A stretch of DNA of 64,000 nucleotides, taken from an uncultured bacterium. GTDB lineage: Bacteria; Schekmanbacteria; GWA2-38-11; J061. The position numbers and the translations under genes were made by a program. Positions 39,153 through 48,732 of this stretch are shown one piece after another. Position 1 is the first letter of the stretch; each line of letters begins with the position of its first letter. The stretch is taken from assembly GCA_964549305.1 (NCBI GenBank), contig CAZJVM010000007.1, forward strand, positions 3,029 to 67,028, in the 5' to 3' direction. The notes under the pieces are model-generated. The model saw nothing but the letters and a program-made list of their open reading frames with translations, was not told the DNA's origin and ran no database searches.

Positions 39153-39539
39153 TCATTTCCCTGAAGAAAGCGCCTTTATTATTTTATCCGCGCACCTGTC
39201 AGCTTCCCTGACAATGGCTTTAATTTCAACCCCTGTGGCTTTTTTAATGTGTATTCCCGCAGTTACAACCGCCTTCTTACCCAGCGATGACGCAATTTTT
39301 TCGGCAACTGCTTTGGCAATTTCATCATCCTTGTGTCCCGTTACGGTAAAAACCGATGTCGATGAACTTGTTCTGTCTTTGTCCTTAAGGCTTTTTCTCG
39401 GAATCGAAAGGGCAACTGCGCCGATATGCGGTTTGCTTCCTCCGTAAATACTCACGAGAATATCCCTTCCTATGACACTTACCTCACCCGTTACCTCTGT
39501 TCTGCCTTTCCCTGACAATACCTTCAAATCCTTATCCAT
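39153..39539 (-). CDS. Conserved hypothetical protein (128 aa) between ubiX and the iron-sulfur flavoprotein gene
   Basis: Good coding character, with a GGSKPHIGAVA motif. Family not recognised. Confidence 0.45.
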   Translation of the reverse strand: MDKDLKVLSGKGRTEVTGEVSVIGRDILVSIYGGSKPHIGAVALSIPRKSLKDKDRTSSSTSVFTVTGHKDDEIAKAVAEKIASSLGKKAVVTAGIHIKKATGVEIKAIVREADRCADKIIKALSSGK

Positions 39540-39540
39540 T

Positions 39541-40101
39541 TCACAAAAGTTTCGCCACTTCAGCGCCTAATTTTTCAGCTTCCAACATCAGTTCGGGGAT
39601 TTCCGTAACCTCTTTCATTCCCGCAACTGCCTGCATTTTCCCGGCAAGCTTCATTTCATTATAGCTTACATATCTTTCCATTGTTTCGAGCGCTCTTTCG
39701 GCACCGTGCCCCGCAACTGCAGAAACCAGGGCAACGGGCTTGTCCGCGAGGGGTTTCCTCCCGTGCATTGGAATATCCGACTCCTTTCCCACGCCCATAT
39801 AGCCAAGGGCAATGGAGCGGTCGATAAAGCTCTTAAAAAGACCCGAAACATCTCCGTAGTAACAGGGCGACCCAAGGACAAGTCCGCTGCAGTTCAAAAG
39901 CTTTTCATAAAGCGCGCTCATACCATCCTCCTGCCAGCATTTCCCTTCCATCGCGCACTGCATACAACCTGTACAATATCCCACTCCTATATCGATAAGC
40001 CATATCATTTCACTTTGAACCTTTGCGCAATCAAGAATTTTTTTCACCATTATCCCCGTATTGCCTTCCTTTCTTCCGCTTCCGCATATTCCTATGAGCA
40101 T
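39541..40101 (-). CDS. Iron-sulfur flavoprotein (Isf / NADPH-dependent FMN reductase-like)
   Basis: Flavodoxin-like N-terminus IGICGSGRKEGNT plus a compact Cys cluster CTGCMQCAMEGKC. The start is taken at MLIGICG, 14 codons inside the ORF-track call (40143). Confidence 0.7.
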   Translation of the reverse strand: MLIGICGSGRKEGNTGIMVKKILDCAKVQSEMIWLIDIGVGYCTGCMQCAMEGKCWQEDGMSALYEKLLNCSGLVLGSPCYYGDVSGLFKSFIDRSIALGYMGVGKESDIPMHGRKPLADKPVALVSAVAGHGAERALETMERYVSYNEMKLAGKMQAVAGMKEVTEIPELMLEAEKLGAEVAKLL

Positions 40102-40210
40102 CTTTATCTCTCCCTTTAAAAATTGGAACTTTGAAACTTTCAAAGTTAAGTTTATTATAATTTCAGGCTGATGGACAAAATATTTTTTTTATAATTCACT
40201 TTAAAAAGCC

Positions 40211-41863
40211 ATGAATCTAATTGAGATAGTAAAAAAAAGTGGAAGGCGCCTTGTTTTTCCCGGAAGTTCAGAATCGGGAATGGTCTTAACGGGTCACAGT
40301 GTCAGGGAGTGTCTTTTTGACAAGGACGCGAAATTGCACTCAATACTCGCCTATGCAAAAAAGTTCGACCCGGACATAATATTTAATATCGGGGGAATCG
40401 CCGAAGAAGCAGAATGCTTCGGGGCAGAATTGAATTATTCCGACGAAGAAGACCCCTGCGTGGCAAAACCTCTCGTAGCGACAAAGAGAGATGTCGAAAA
40501 GCTTGAAATTCCGCCCCCGCAAAAGGGAAAGCTTACCTCTGTGTCTCTCGATGTTATACCTGAATTAAGCAACAAACTGAAAGGCAAACTCATTGCCGCG
40601 TCGGTTACAGGTCCATTCACTCTTGCAGCTCTTTTGGCAGGCGCCGAACAATTTTCTCTTTCGCTTAAAAAAGATACATCATTTGCTTTAACCCTTCTTG
40701 AAAAATGCACGCTTTTTATCGAGCTCTACGCAAAAAACCAATTGTCCCTTGGCGCAAACTATTTTACCATTGCAGAACCTTCCGCTATTTTTCTTACGCA
40801 AAAAGATTTTAACATTTTCTGCCTGCCATATTTAAAGCGGCTCTTTAAAAAATTCAGCGATTATCCCTCACATATACATATATGCGGAGACTGCACGCAC
40901 CTTTTAAATCCTCTGTCAAAATGCGGCGCCGACGGGCTGAGCCTCGATTCAATGATTGACCTTGAATATGCCGCAAGGTCTTTGCCGCCTGATACGGTTA
41001 TTATGGGAAATATTGATCCTGTTTCGCTAATATGCGAATCAGAGAAAGAAGAGGTCAGAGTCGAGACGGAAAAGCTTCTCTCCACAATGGAGCTTTTCGA
41101 TAATTTTATCCTTGCCACGGCATGCTCCATACCAATGAACGCGCCTTTGGAAAACATAGCTGCATTCGTAAAGACAGGCAAAGAGTTTTCCGTACTCGAT
41201 TCAAATAAAAGAGGCGCTTTAAAAAAATGCGCTGATGCCGTTCGCGAAGGGAAAAACGCAAACACATTGGATTGGGTAAAATACGCGCTTAAATCGGGTC
41301 TTACACCAGAAGATATATATTCCCGAGGGCTTGCAAGGGGAATTAAATGGTCCGCAGATGATTACAACTGCCATAGGGCGTCCATTCCTCAGGTATTGCT
41401 TTCTGTGGAGGCAATGGAAAAGGCACTGAGTGAAATTTGGACAAAGGGAGCAAAGGCAAAAAGCAACTCCGGAAGAAGGATACTCCTCGGAACTGTCAAA
41501 GGAGACATACACGAAATAGGTAAAAACCTCGTAAAGCTTATGTTTCAGTCAAAAGGATATGAGGTTATAGATGCGGGATTCGATGTAAAACCCGAAGAGT
41601 TTCTCACGTTGTGCAAAGAAAAAGATGTGCTCGCAGTTGGGCTTTCTTCTTTTACTTCTGCAGGAAAGCCCTACATAAGGGAAACGGCAATTCTCATCAA
41701 GAAGCATTTCAAGAATAAATCTCCCCTAATACTCGCCGGGGGACCTTCCATAAGAGCGGAAGACAGGAAAAAGCTCGAAATAGACGGTTACGGCGGGGAT
41801 ATGGTTGAAGCAGTCGATGAGCTTGAAAGACTCTTGAAAAAATCAGCAGACAAAGGGATTTAA
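40211..41863 (+). CDS. CmuA-like fusion: MtaA/URO-D-fold methyltransferase domain plus C-terminal cobalamin-binding domain
   Basis: The N-terminal roughly 340 aa carry an MtaA-type H-x-C-x2-C zinc motif (HICGDCTH). The C-terminus carries the B12-binding D-x-H-x2-G motif (GDIHEIGKN) followed by a Rossmann-like GL..SS..T..G core. Confidence 0.6.
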   Translation: MNLIEIVKKSGRRLVFPGSSESGMVLTGHSVRECLFDKDAKLHSILAYAKKFDPDIIFNIGGIAEEAECFGAELNYSDEEDPCVAKPLVATKRDVEKLEIPPPQKGKLTSVSLDVIPELSNKLKGKLIAASVTGPFTLAALLAGAEQFSLSLKKDTSFALTLLEKCTLFIELYAKNQLSLGANYFTIAEPSAIFLTQKDFNIFCLPYLKRLFKKFSDYPSHIHICGDCTHLLNPLSKCGADGLSLDSMIDLEYAARSLPPDTVIMGNIDPVSLICESEKEEVRVETEKLLSTMELFDNFILATACSIPMNAPLENIAAFVKTGKEFSVLDSNKRGALKKCADAVREGKNANTLDWVKYALKSGLTPEDIYSRGLARGIKWSADDYNCHRASIPQVLLSVEAMEKALSEIWTKGAKAKSNSGRRILLGTVKGDIHEIGKNLVKLMFQSKGYEVIDAGFDVKPEEFLTLCKEKDVLAVGLSSFTSAGKPYIRETAILIKKHFKNKSPLILAGGPSIRAEDRKKLEIDGYGGDMVEAVDELERLLKKSADKGI

Positions 41864-41876
41864 AAACCGCTTTCCC

Positions 41877-43592
41877 CTAAAGCTTCCTTATCATATTGAT
41901 ATACTCCCCTCTTTCAAACCCGTTTGCGCGAAAATAGTCAATTAAATCTTCTTCGTTCCAATTTACCATTGTAACGACATTTTCGATTCCTGAACTCTTA
42001 AAATATGCAAAGAGCGCATCGATAAGCATTTTTCCCACACCCATGCCCTGATACTCGATATCAACCCCCAGTATGTCGAGCCATCCGCACACGGGAATCG
42101 CATATTCCCAGCCTCTAATATCACCGAGAATAAATCCCACGACCTTGCCGCCGGATTCCGCCGCAAGGCAGGCACCGGGCTCACTTGAAAGATATTTGGA
42201 AATTTTTCCCGTCCAGTATGCCTCGTGAGGGCGTCCTGTAATTTGCTCATCGATTTTTACAACCGATTCAATATCCTGTCGGGAAAGATTCCTTATTTTT
42301 ATTTCTCCCATCTTCCTTCTCCCTTTTAAAAAGCTTTTCATAAACGAAATAATTTCTTTTACTGCAAGCTCCGGTTTTATAAGACTCTTTATAATGTCCT
42401 TGTACGCTCTGTGCCCCGACACTGAATCAAAAAGAGCGTCATAAATAATGGGATTTACAAGCGCCATCCTAACCATTCGTCCCACAAAAAATCTCGAAGC
42501 CTTCCTGCACATAAAGCGCACCATCACGCCGTATATGTAGTCATCGAGAAGTTCCCTGCAGTTCTCTTCATATTTTTTGAAGGAATCATCTCCTATTCCG
42601 CCCCCAATAATCGCGTCTGCCGCGCGTATTCCCGTAATAATCGCCACATTGATGCCCTTACCCTTGAAAGGCCTCATCCAACCGGTAGTATCGCCAACTC
42701 CCACATAGCGGTCACCGTAAGGATTTTTGGAAGGCGCGGTGGGAAACCTTCCCTCGAAATAGCTCAAATCCGACGTATCCACGGAAGGTAAATGTTCTTT
42801 CACATCTTCAAGGGATAAAAACATATCCATATCGAGAGAGGTAACATTTTCACCTGCAATGTTGATAATGATATGGTCGCCTTTGGGCGATATTGCGGCA
42901 AATTCTATCCTCGGAATTTCCGGCGGTTTCAAATAGGCATAGATTATATTGCCCACATTCTTTCTCATAAAGACAGGGTCGGCGTGAAACTTCGTAACGA
43001 AAGTTTTCAGCATTTTTTTCGGGCGTTTATAGGGCTTTCGCGATTTCGTTACTCCCTCCATTACGGAAAGCATCGTGTTATCGAGCCCAAATGCCGCAAC
43101 CATACAGTCCGCTTTCATGTAACCGCTTTCAGAATATATCCTCACTTCGCCATCTTCTTTTTCCGGATTTATAAACTCTATGTTAGTGACTCTGCTTTCA
43201 ATGAGGCGCGCTCCGAGGTCAAGGGCGGTATTTAGAAGAAATCTGTCAAATTCAAGCCGTCTTACGGTAATCGTCATTCCCGATGTGCCCCGGTCAAATA
43301 GAAGCACCTCGCTGTTTCCTCCGTGAAGCCTGTATCCGTGAATCGACCGTTTAAAAAGCTTTGGGGGAAGCTCCACAAGCAAATCCTTTTCAAGAATGTC
43401 CATGAGGGGAGGAGAAAGGACGCCGACACACTGATTGTAGTGGACTTTGAAATCTTTCCCTTCGAATATGACGACATTTATCTTTTTACCGGCCTTCTCA
43501 GCACTGCGCAGCAACCTTATCGCACAAGCGGAACCGGAAGGTCCGCCGCCTATGATTGCTATAACCGCATTATCTTTTAGGGGCAGATTCAT
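41877..43592 (-). CDS. Fusion of geranylgeranyl-reductase-family FAD oxidoreductase with C-terminal GNAT acetyltransferase domain
   Basis: N-terminal AIIGGGPSGSACAIRL FAD site. The C-terminal 150 aa are GNAT-like (GMGVGKMLIDALFAYFKSSG). Confidence 0.6.
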   Translation of the reverse strand: MNLPLKDNAVIAIIGGGPSGSACAIRLLRSAEKAGKKINVVIFEGKDFKVHYNQCVGVLSPPLMDILEKDLLVELPPKLFKRSIHGYRLHGGNSEVLLFDRGTSGMTITVRRLEFDRFLLNTALDLGARLIESRVTNIEFINPEKEDGEVRIYSESGYMKADCMVAAFGLDNTMLSVMEGVTKSRKPYKRPKKMLKTFVTKFHADPVFMRKNVGNIIYAYLKPPEIPRIEFAAISPKGDHIIINIAGENVTSLDMDMFLSLEDVKEHLPSVDTSDLSYFEGRFPTAPSKNPYGDRYVGVGDTTGWMRPFKGKGINVAIITGIRAADAIIGGGIGDDSFKKYEENCRELLDDYIYGVMVRFMCRKASRFFVGRMVRMALVNPIIYDALFDSVSGHRAYKDIIKSLIKPELAVKEIISFMKSFLKGRRKMGEIKIRNLSRQDIESVVKIDEQITGRPHEAYWTGKISKYLSSEPGACLAAESGGKVVGFILGDIRGWEYAIPVCGWLDILGVDIEYQGMGVGKMLIDALFAYFKSSGIENVVTMVNWNEEDLIDYFRANGFERGEYINMIRKL

Positions 43593-44136
43593 AATATTTG
43601 CATATTCTTACTGCATATATATTTTTAATGAATTTCTTTTTGACTGATATAATATCATAAAAAAACGCAACTGCTGAATGAATTGATTTTTAAATCTGAA
43701 ATTAAAATGCTATAAAGTTTCAAGTGGGAACGCATTTTAAAATGACATTTTGCGCATCAGTTTTTATAACATAGAGAACAAAATTGAAAAACGGTTTTAC
43801 GACAATAAACAGTCATAAGGTGTATTAAACAAAGATAAGAGGGCAGGTTTAGCCATAAGCAACAAAGTATTCGGAAATACAAAAGGCCTTAAATCTTCGA
43901 TTCTTCAGCAGCTTGAAAGGATTTACAGGAGAAAAGTTTCTCCCACGTCAATAATCACTCCCGAGCTTGCCCGCCACATCTGTGAACTTTCCTTTGAAAC
44001 AGGAAGACAAATAGGGCTTCTCATCAATCGTCGCGGTGAAATTGAACACGTCATTATAGGTGACTCCAAAGGCATTCTGCTTCCGAAACTCGGCAGGACA
44101 CGGGAAGGAAAAAAGAGATTCAGGGGGCTTCGCCTT

Positions 44137-45531
44137 GTGCATACGCATTTGAGAAAAGAACCGATTGACAATGACGACCTCACCGACCTCGCGCTTTTGC
44201 GCCTTGACCTTGTGGCATCAATAGATGTGGGCGACAGCGGTCTTCCCGAAATGTTGAGGGGAGTTCATCTCGTGCCTGCAAACAGAAACAGTTCGAACTG
44301 GAATTTTCTCGAACCTGCCCACCCGTCAAAGATAGATGTCAATTTCAGAAATCTCATAGACTCTCTCGAGGAAGAGTTTTCCAGAAACGCAAAATCCCTT
44401 AACACGAAAAGGAAAAAAGAAAGAGCTATTCTGCTGTCAATAACCAGAAAAAGCCTTTCCGACGCGGAATACTCAATGGAAGAGTTAAAGGAATTGGCGG
44501 CATCATGCGGCGTTGAAACAGTGGAAAGCATAATACAAAAGGTTCACAACTATAATCCTAAATTCCTTCTGGGGAAGGGAAAAATTTCAGACCTTACAAT
44601 AAAGTGTATGCAGCTTGAAGCTGATGTGCTCATATTCGACAGAGACTTGAGCCCCGCTCAGGCAAACGCTATATCGGAATATGCCGACATAAAGGTAATT
44701 GACAGGACACAGCTCATACTTGACATATTCGCGCAGCACGCCCACAGCAGAGAGGGAAAACTTCAGGTGGAGCTGGCACAGCTAAAATATACCCTGCCGA
44801 GACTCGTCGGAAAAGGCACGGAAATGTCGAGGTTGATGGGAGGAATCGGAGGAAGAGGCCCCGGTGAAACAAAACTTGAAGTTGACCGGAGAAGGGCGAG
44901 AGAGAGGATTAAACTTCTTGAGAACAGAATTAAAAAGCTGAGCAGGGAAAGGATTGTAAGGAGGTCAAAAAGGAACAGAAGAAACACACCTGTCATTTCA
45001 ATCATAGGATATACCAATGCCGGAAAATCTACTCTTCTCAACAATCTTACCTCAAGCAATCTTACTGCGGAGTCGAGAATGTTTGCCACGCTTGACCCCG
45101 CATCGAGACGCTTAAGGTTCCCCAGGGAAAAAGAAGTCATAATTACCGATACAGTCGGTTTTATAAGAGATTTGCCCAAAGACCTCATTAACGCCTTCAA
45201 GACGACGCTCGAAGAGCTTGAAGACGCAGACCTTCTCCTTCACATCGCCGACATATCGAGCCCCTCCTTTGACAGGCAGATAAAGTCAGTAAACAAAATT
45301 CTTGAAGAGCTTAATTTAAGCCATAAACGAAGCATTCTTGTATTCAACAAAGCGGATTTGGTTCAGGAAGAAACAGCTTTGAATATAACCTCTCTTTATG
45401 AAGGGGCAATAGCGCTTTGCGCAAAAAATCCCAACACATTCCATCCGTTAATCGAAATGATTGAAAATTTCTTTTGGATTAACGGCAAAGAGGTGTTTTC
45501 AGGCAAAACCGATAAATTTCCGCCACATTAA
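44137..45531 (+). CDS. hflX: GTPase HflX
   Basis: HflX N-domain, a coiled-coil segment, then the G-domain with G1 GYTNAGKST, DTVGF and NKAD. Confidence 0.85.
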   Translation: MHTHLRKEPIDNDDLTDLALLRLDLVASIDVGDSGLPEMLRGVHLVPANRNSSNWNFLEPAHPSKIDVNFRNLIDSLEEEFSRNAKSLNTKRKKERAILLSITRKSLSDAEYSMEELKELAASCGVETVESIIQKVHNYNPKFLLGKGKISDLTIKCMQLEADVLIFDRDLSPAQANAISEYADIKVIDRTQLILDIFAQHAHSREGKLQVELAQLKYTLPRLVGKGTEMSRLMGGIGGRGPGETKLEVDRRRARERIKLLENRIKKLSRERIVRRSKRNRRNTPVISIIGYTNAGKSTLLNNLTSSNLTAESRMFATLDPASRRLRFPREKEVIITDTVGFIRDLPKDLINAFKTTLEELEDADLLLHIADISSPSFDRQIKSVNKILEELNLSHKRSILVFNKADLVQEETALNITSLYEGAIALCAKNPNTFHPLIEMIENFFWINGKEVFSGKTDKFPPH

Positions 45532-45953
45532 CCGTTAGTTTTTATCTTGAATCCCGCCTGCTTATACGCTTCGATACCGCCTTTGAGATTAAAGACCTTT
45601 TTAAATCCCTTTTTAAGCAGTATCTCCGCGGCCTTGCTGCTTCTTGCCCCGCTTCGGCAGTGAAGCACGACATCTTTCCCCTTAAACTCCCCGAGCTCTC
45701 CTATGCGGCTTTCAAGCTTATCTACGGGAATGAGTTTTTTTACTCCAGGAATATGCCCCCTATCGTATTCCGCGCGCGTCCTCACATCTATGAGCATAAG
45801 CGTTTCGTCATCTTCAAGCATGGAGCGAAGCTCTGCAGGCGAAATATCCTTGTAACCGCCCTCTTCTTTACAGCCGGTTTCAAGAAGAGGAAACAGTAAT
45901 ACAAGAACGAATAAACACAAAAAGATAAGCGATAAAGAATTTCTTTTCTTCAT
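45528..45953 (-). CDS. Secreted single-domain rhodanese-like sulfurtransferase
   Basis: Signal peptide. Rhodanese motifs DVRTRAEYDRGHIPG and the active-site loop HCRSGARS. Confidence 0.75.
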   Translation of the reverse strand: MKKRNSLSLIFLCLFVLVLLFPLLETGCKEEGGYKDISPAELRSMLEDDETLMLIDVRTRAEYDRGHIPGVKKLIPVDKLESRIGELGEFKGKDVVLHCRSGARSSKAAEILLKKGFKKVFNLKGGIEAYKQAGFKIKTNG

Positions 45954-45972
45954 ATTTCTCCTCTTCGTTCAC

Positions 45973-46704
45973 CTACTTTGACGATATTTTTTCAATCTCC
46001 ATCCTATATCTTGAATCTTCCGGATTCATTTCAATGGCTTTCTTAAGATACTCAACGGCTTTTGCCCTGTCCTCTCCCTTTGCCCCCTGGAGAGAATATG
46101 CTCTTGCAAACCAATACAAAACCTCCGGATTATCGGGTGCCGCGCTTTTTGCCTTTTCAAAGTGCGGTACCGCCTTTTCGATTCCGCCTTCCATATTTTC
46201 GGGCTTGTAAAGAGTCTGAATTCCCAGTGCAGTTTCGGCAAACATCTTCGCCGATTCTATTTTTTTCAAAGTCTCTATTTCTTTCGTTGCCGCCTGCCCA
46301 TTCGTTATTATCTTGTAAAGATCAAAAAGTCCGCCGAAATGTCTGATTCGATAGACAAGGGCTCGTACAAGCTCAAAGTGAATATCAGGCGTCGCATTTT
46401 CGGATACTGCGGCTTTTTTTAACGCCTCCAATGCCTTTTCAATAAATTTTTCCGATTCTTTCCACTCCGAAGTTTTTTTACCCCTGGACTTCAATTCATA
46501 ATATTCCGCAACTTTAAAATAAAGCTTTCCCGCAAGAGCAGAATCTCCCCCTTTTTGGGCTTTTTCCGCCTCTGCCGTAAGGGTTTTGACATCAAGATTC
46601 AATATGGCTTTGTCAAGAGCATCATCTGCATATGAAAACGACGGGTATAAAGCGGCACATATAAGGATTGCAACAGAAATAATCTTTAATTTGATTCCTT
46701 TCAT
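45973..46704 (-). CDS. Secreted TPR-repeat protein
   Basis: Signal peptide. Repeated A-x2-Y/F-x-K-A helical pairs. Confidence 0.55.
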   Translation of the reverse strand: MKGIKLKIISVAILICAALYPSFSYADDALDKAILNLDVKTLTAEAEKAQKGGDSALAGKLYFKVAEYYELKSRGKKTSEWKESEKFIEKALEALKKAAVSENATPDIHFELVRALVYRIRHFGGLFDLYKIITNGQAATKEIETLKKIESAKMFAETALGIQTLYKPENMEGGIEKAVPHFEKAKSAAPDNPEVLYWFARAYSLQGAKGEDRAKAVEYLKKAIEMNPEDSRYRMEIEKISSK

Positions 46705-46887
46705 ATCTTTTCATCTCCCAAAATTTAAATTTGAAATACCTCTACTTAATCATTCACTTTTTAATATTTTTTTCAAGAAATTATAAATCAAATCTCTCAA
46801 CGATATTAATTGCACTTTACAAATGATAGTCTATATTTGAACTTCACACTTAAATAATTAAAATTAATTTTTAACAAAGGAGGAACA

Positions 46888-47457
46888 ATGAAAATCCTCG
46901 GAATATGCGCAAGTCTCAGAGAAATGAGCAATACCAACAAAATTGTCAAGACAGTGGCAGAGTCATCGGGAAAGGATTACGAACTTATATATCTCAGAGA
47001 TATGGATATTCGCTCCTGCACCGGTTGCTACACCTGTATGATGAGTGAAGGGAAATGCTCGGTAAATGACGATATGCAGAATATTTACGAAAAAATGCTT
47101 GACTGCAGCGCAATGATTCTGGGCGCGCCAACATACTATCTCGATGTTTCGGGAGTGGCAAAATGCTTCATAGACAGGACAATGGCACTTTATTACAGAG
47201 GAATCGGACCTGACGCCGAAATGGAAGTGCTCGGGAAACGCCCTCTCGCGGAAAGGCCTGCAGTGGGAGTTACCACCGTAGCGGGAGACGGACATAAGAG
47301 AGCGATTGAAACCATCAGGCTTTATTTCGAAATAAACAAAATGAATGTCGTAGGCGAGCTTGCGGAAATAGTGGGAATGGGCGATATTGACGAAATGCCT
47401 GAGGTCATCAAAAGAGCCGAAGAGGTGGGCAAAAAGCTTGCCAAGTCGCTGGGATAA
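46888..47457 (+). CDS. Iron-sulfur flavoprotein (Isf), second copy
   Basis: Carries ILGICASLREMSNT and CTGCYTCMMSEGKC. It is paralogous to the 39541..40101 gene. Confidence 0.7.
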   Translation: MKILGICASLREMSNTNKIVKTVAESSGKDYELIYLRDMDIRSCTGCYTCMMSEGKCSVNDDMQNIYEKMLDCSAMILGAPTYYLDVSGVAKCFIDRTMALYYRGIGPDAEMEVLGKRPLAERPAVGVTTVAGDGHKRAIETIRLYFEINKMNVVGELAEIVGMGDIDEMPEVIKRAEEVGKKLAKSLG

Positions 47458-47487
47458 CCTATGAATTAAGAACTATTTCAAAAGAAA

Positions 47488-48513
47488 TCAGTAATACGCT
47501 TCATTAAGCATTATTCCCGATTTCCAAAGATACATAAAGCTTGCGGGAGAATTGAGTCCGAGCACCCCTTTTTTTATTAATTCAAGGACACTTAAATTTC
47601 CGCCTAATCCCCCTGGCATTGAATAGATATTGGGCTCATAGGCGCCCGGACGGTTATAGGTTATGATTTGAGCATTTTCAATTCCTGCGTTCAACAGTGC
47701 TCTGTCAATCACATCATCATAATAAAGTATGCCGTCTATTATTCCAGACTCAAGGGCTTTTTTTGCCGAAAGGATTCTCCCGTCAGCGATTTTCAAAATA
47801 TCTTCTCTCGACAATTGTTTCCTGGAGTCAGCAATAACGTCTACAAACTTTTCGTACATTTCAAGAGTAATTTCCGTCATTATGGCAATCTCTTCATCTG
47901 TCATTTTGCGAAGCGGAGAGCCCATATCCTTTTTATCTCCGGACTTTACCGTCCTGTCCCTGATTCCAACCTTGTCAAGAAGCTCCTTAATTTCCACATT
48001 TTGAAAAATTACGCCTATACTTCCCGTAACGGTGGTGGGAGAGGCATAAATCGCATCACAAGCCATTGCAATATAAAGTGCCCCCGAAGCTGCCAAATCT
48101 ATCATCGAGGCATAAACGGGAATTCCGGTATCTTTTCTGAATTTAAGTATTTCTCTGTAAATCAGGTCCGAAGCCGTTACAGTACCTCCGGGGCTGTTTA
48201 TTCTCAAAACCAGGGCTTTTATTTTCCGGTCTTCTCTTGCCTTGTCCAAAACCTCTTTAATAAACATGAGCATATTTCTTTTTTGCACTATGCCCGTAAA
48301 GGATTTCACTTCATCGGAAAGAATTATACCGGATACATCCACTATGAGAATTTTATATTTCCCCTCACCGCCAACCCTATACTGCCTCAAAGGTTGGTCT
48401 TCACTGAAAAAGGGTAAATTCACGGAAATGCAGGTACATCCTGAAACCAGGAGAATTACCGCAAGTGAAAGGATTATAGGGAAAAACAATTTTTTTTGAG
48501 TGTTTCTCAGCAA
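47488..48513 (-). CDS. sppA: Signal peptide peptidase SppA (S49 family, 36K type)
   Basis: S49 motifs LRINSPGGTVTAS and the catalytic-Ser region TGSIGV, plus an N-terminal TM segment. Confidence 0.8.
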   Translation of the reverse strand: MLRNTQKKLFFPIILSLAVILLVSGCTCISVNLPFFSEDQPLRQYRVGGEGKYKILIVDVSGIILSDEVKSFTGIVQKRNMLMFIKEVLDKAREDRKIKALVLRINSPGGTVTASDLIYREILKFRKDTGIPVYASMIDLAASGALYIAMACDAIYASPTTVTGSIGVIFQNVEIKELLDKVGIRDRTVKSGDKKDMGSPLRKMTDEEIAIMTEITLEMYEKFVDVIADSRKQLSREDILKIADGRILSAKKALESGIIDGILYYDDVIDRALLNAGIENAQIITYNRPGAYEPNIYSMPGGLGGNLSVLELIKKGVLGLNSPASFMYLWKSGIMLNEAYY

Positions 48514-48732
48514 CTTATCTCTTTGTAAAAGGTTTCCTGAAAGTAAAAATAGCAGATGATTTACAAAGGGTCAACGCAAATTTATGGGCTTGTGTAAAGG
48601 TCCCGAAACGAGAATATTTTTCCGGAGAAGAAAAGTGGTTCTTGAAAAAACAACTATTTTTTAATAGAAGAACACAAATAAAATCCTTAAATTAAGCATC
48701 TTTCACAAAGCAATAACATTGCCGGGTCAAAT

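Noticed and set aside
43923-44183. 86 aa minus-strand ORF overlapping the hflX 5' end
   Set aside because: It overlaps the hflX N-terminal coding region on the opposite strand and has no coding features.
47668-48417. 249 aa plus-strand ORF
   Set aside because: It lies entirely inside and antisense to the well-supported sppA gene. Its composition is low-complexity and typical of a shadow ORF.
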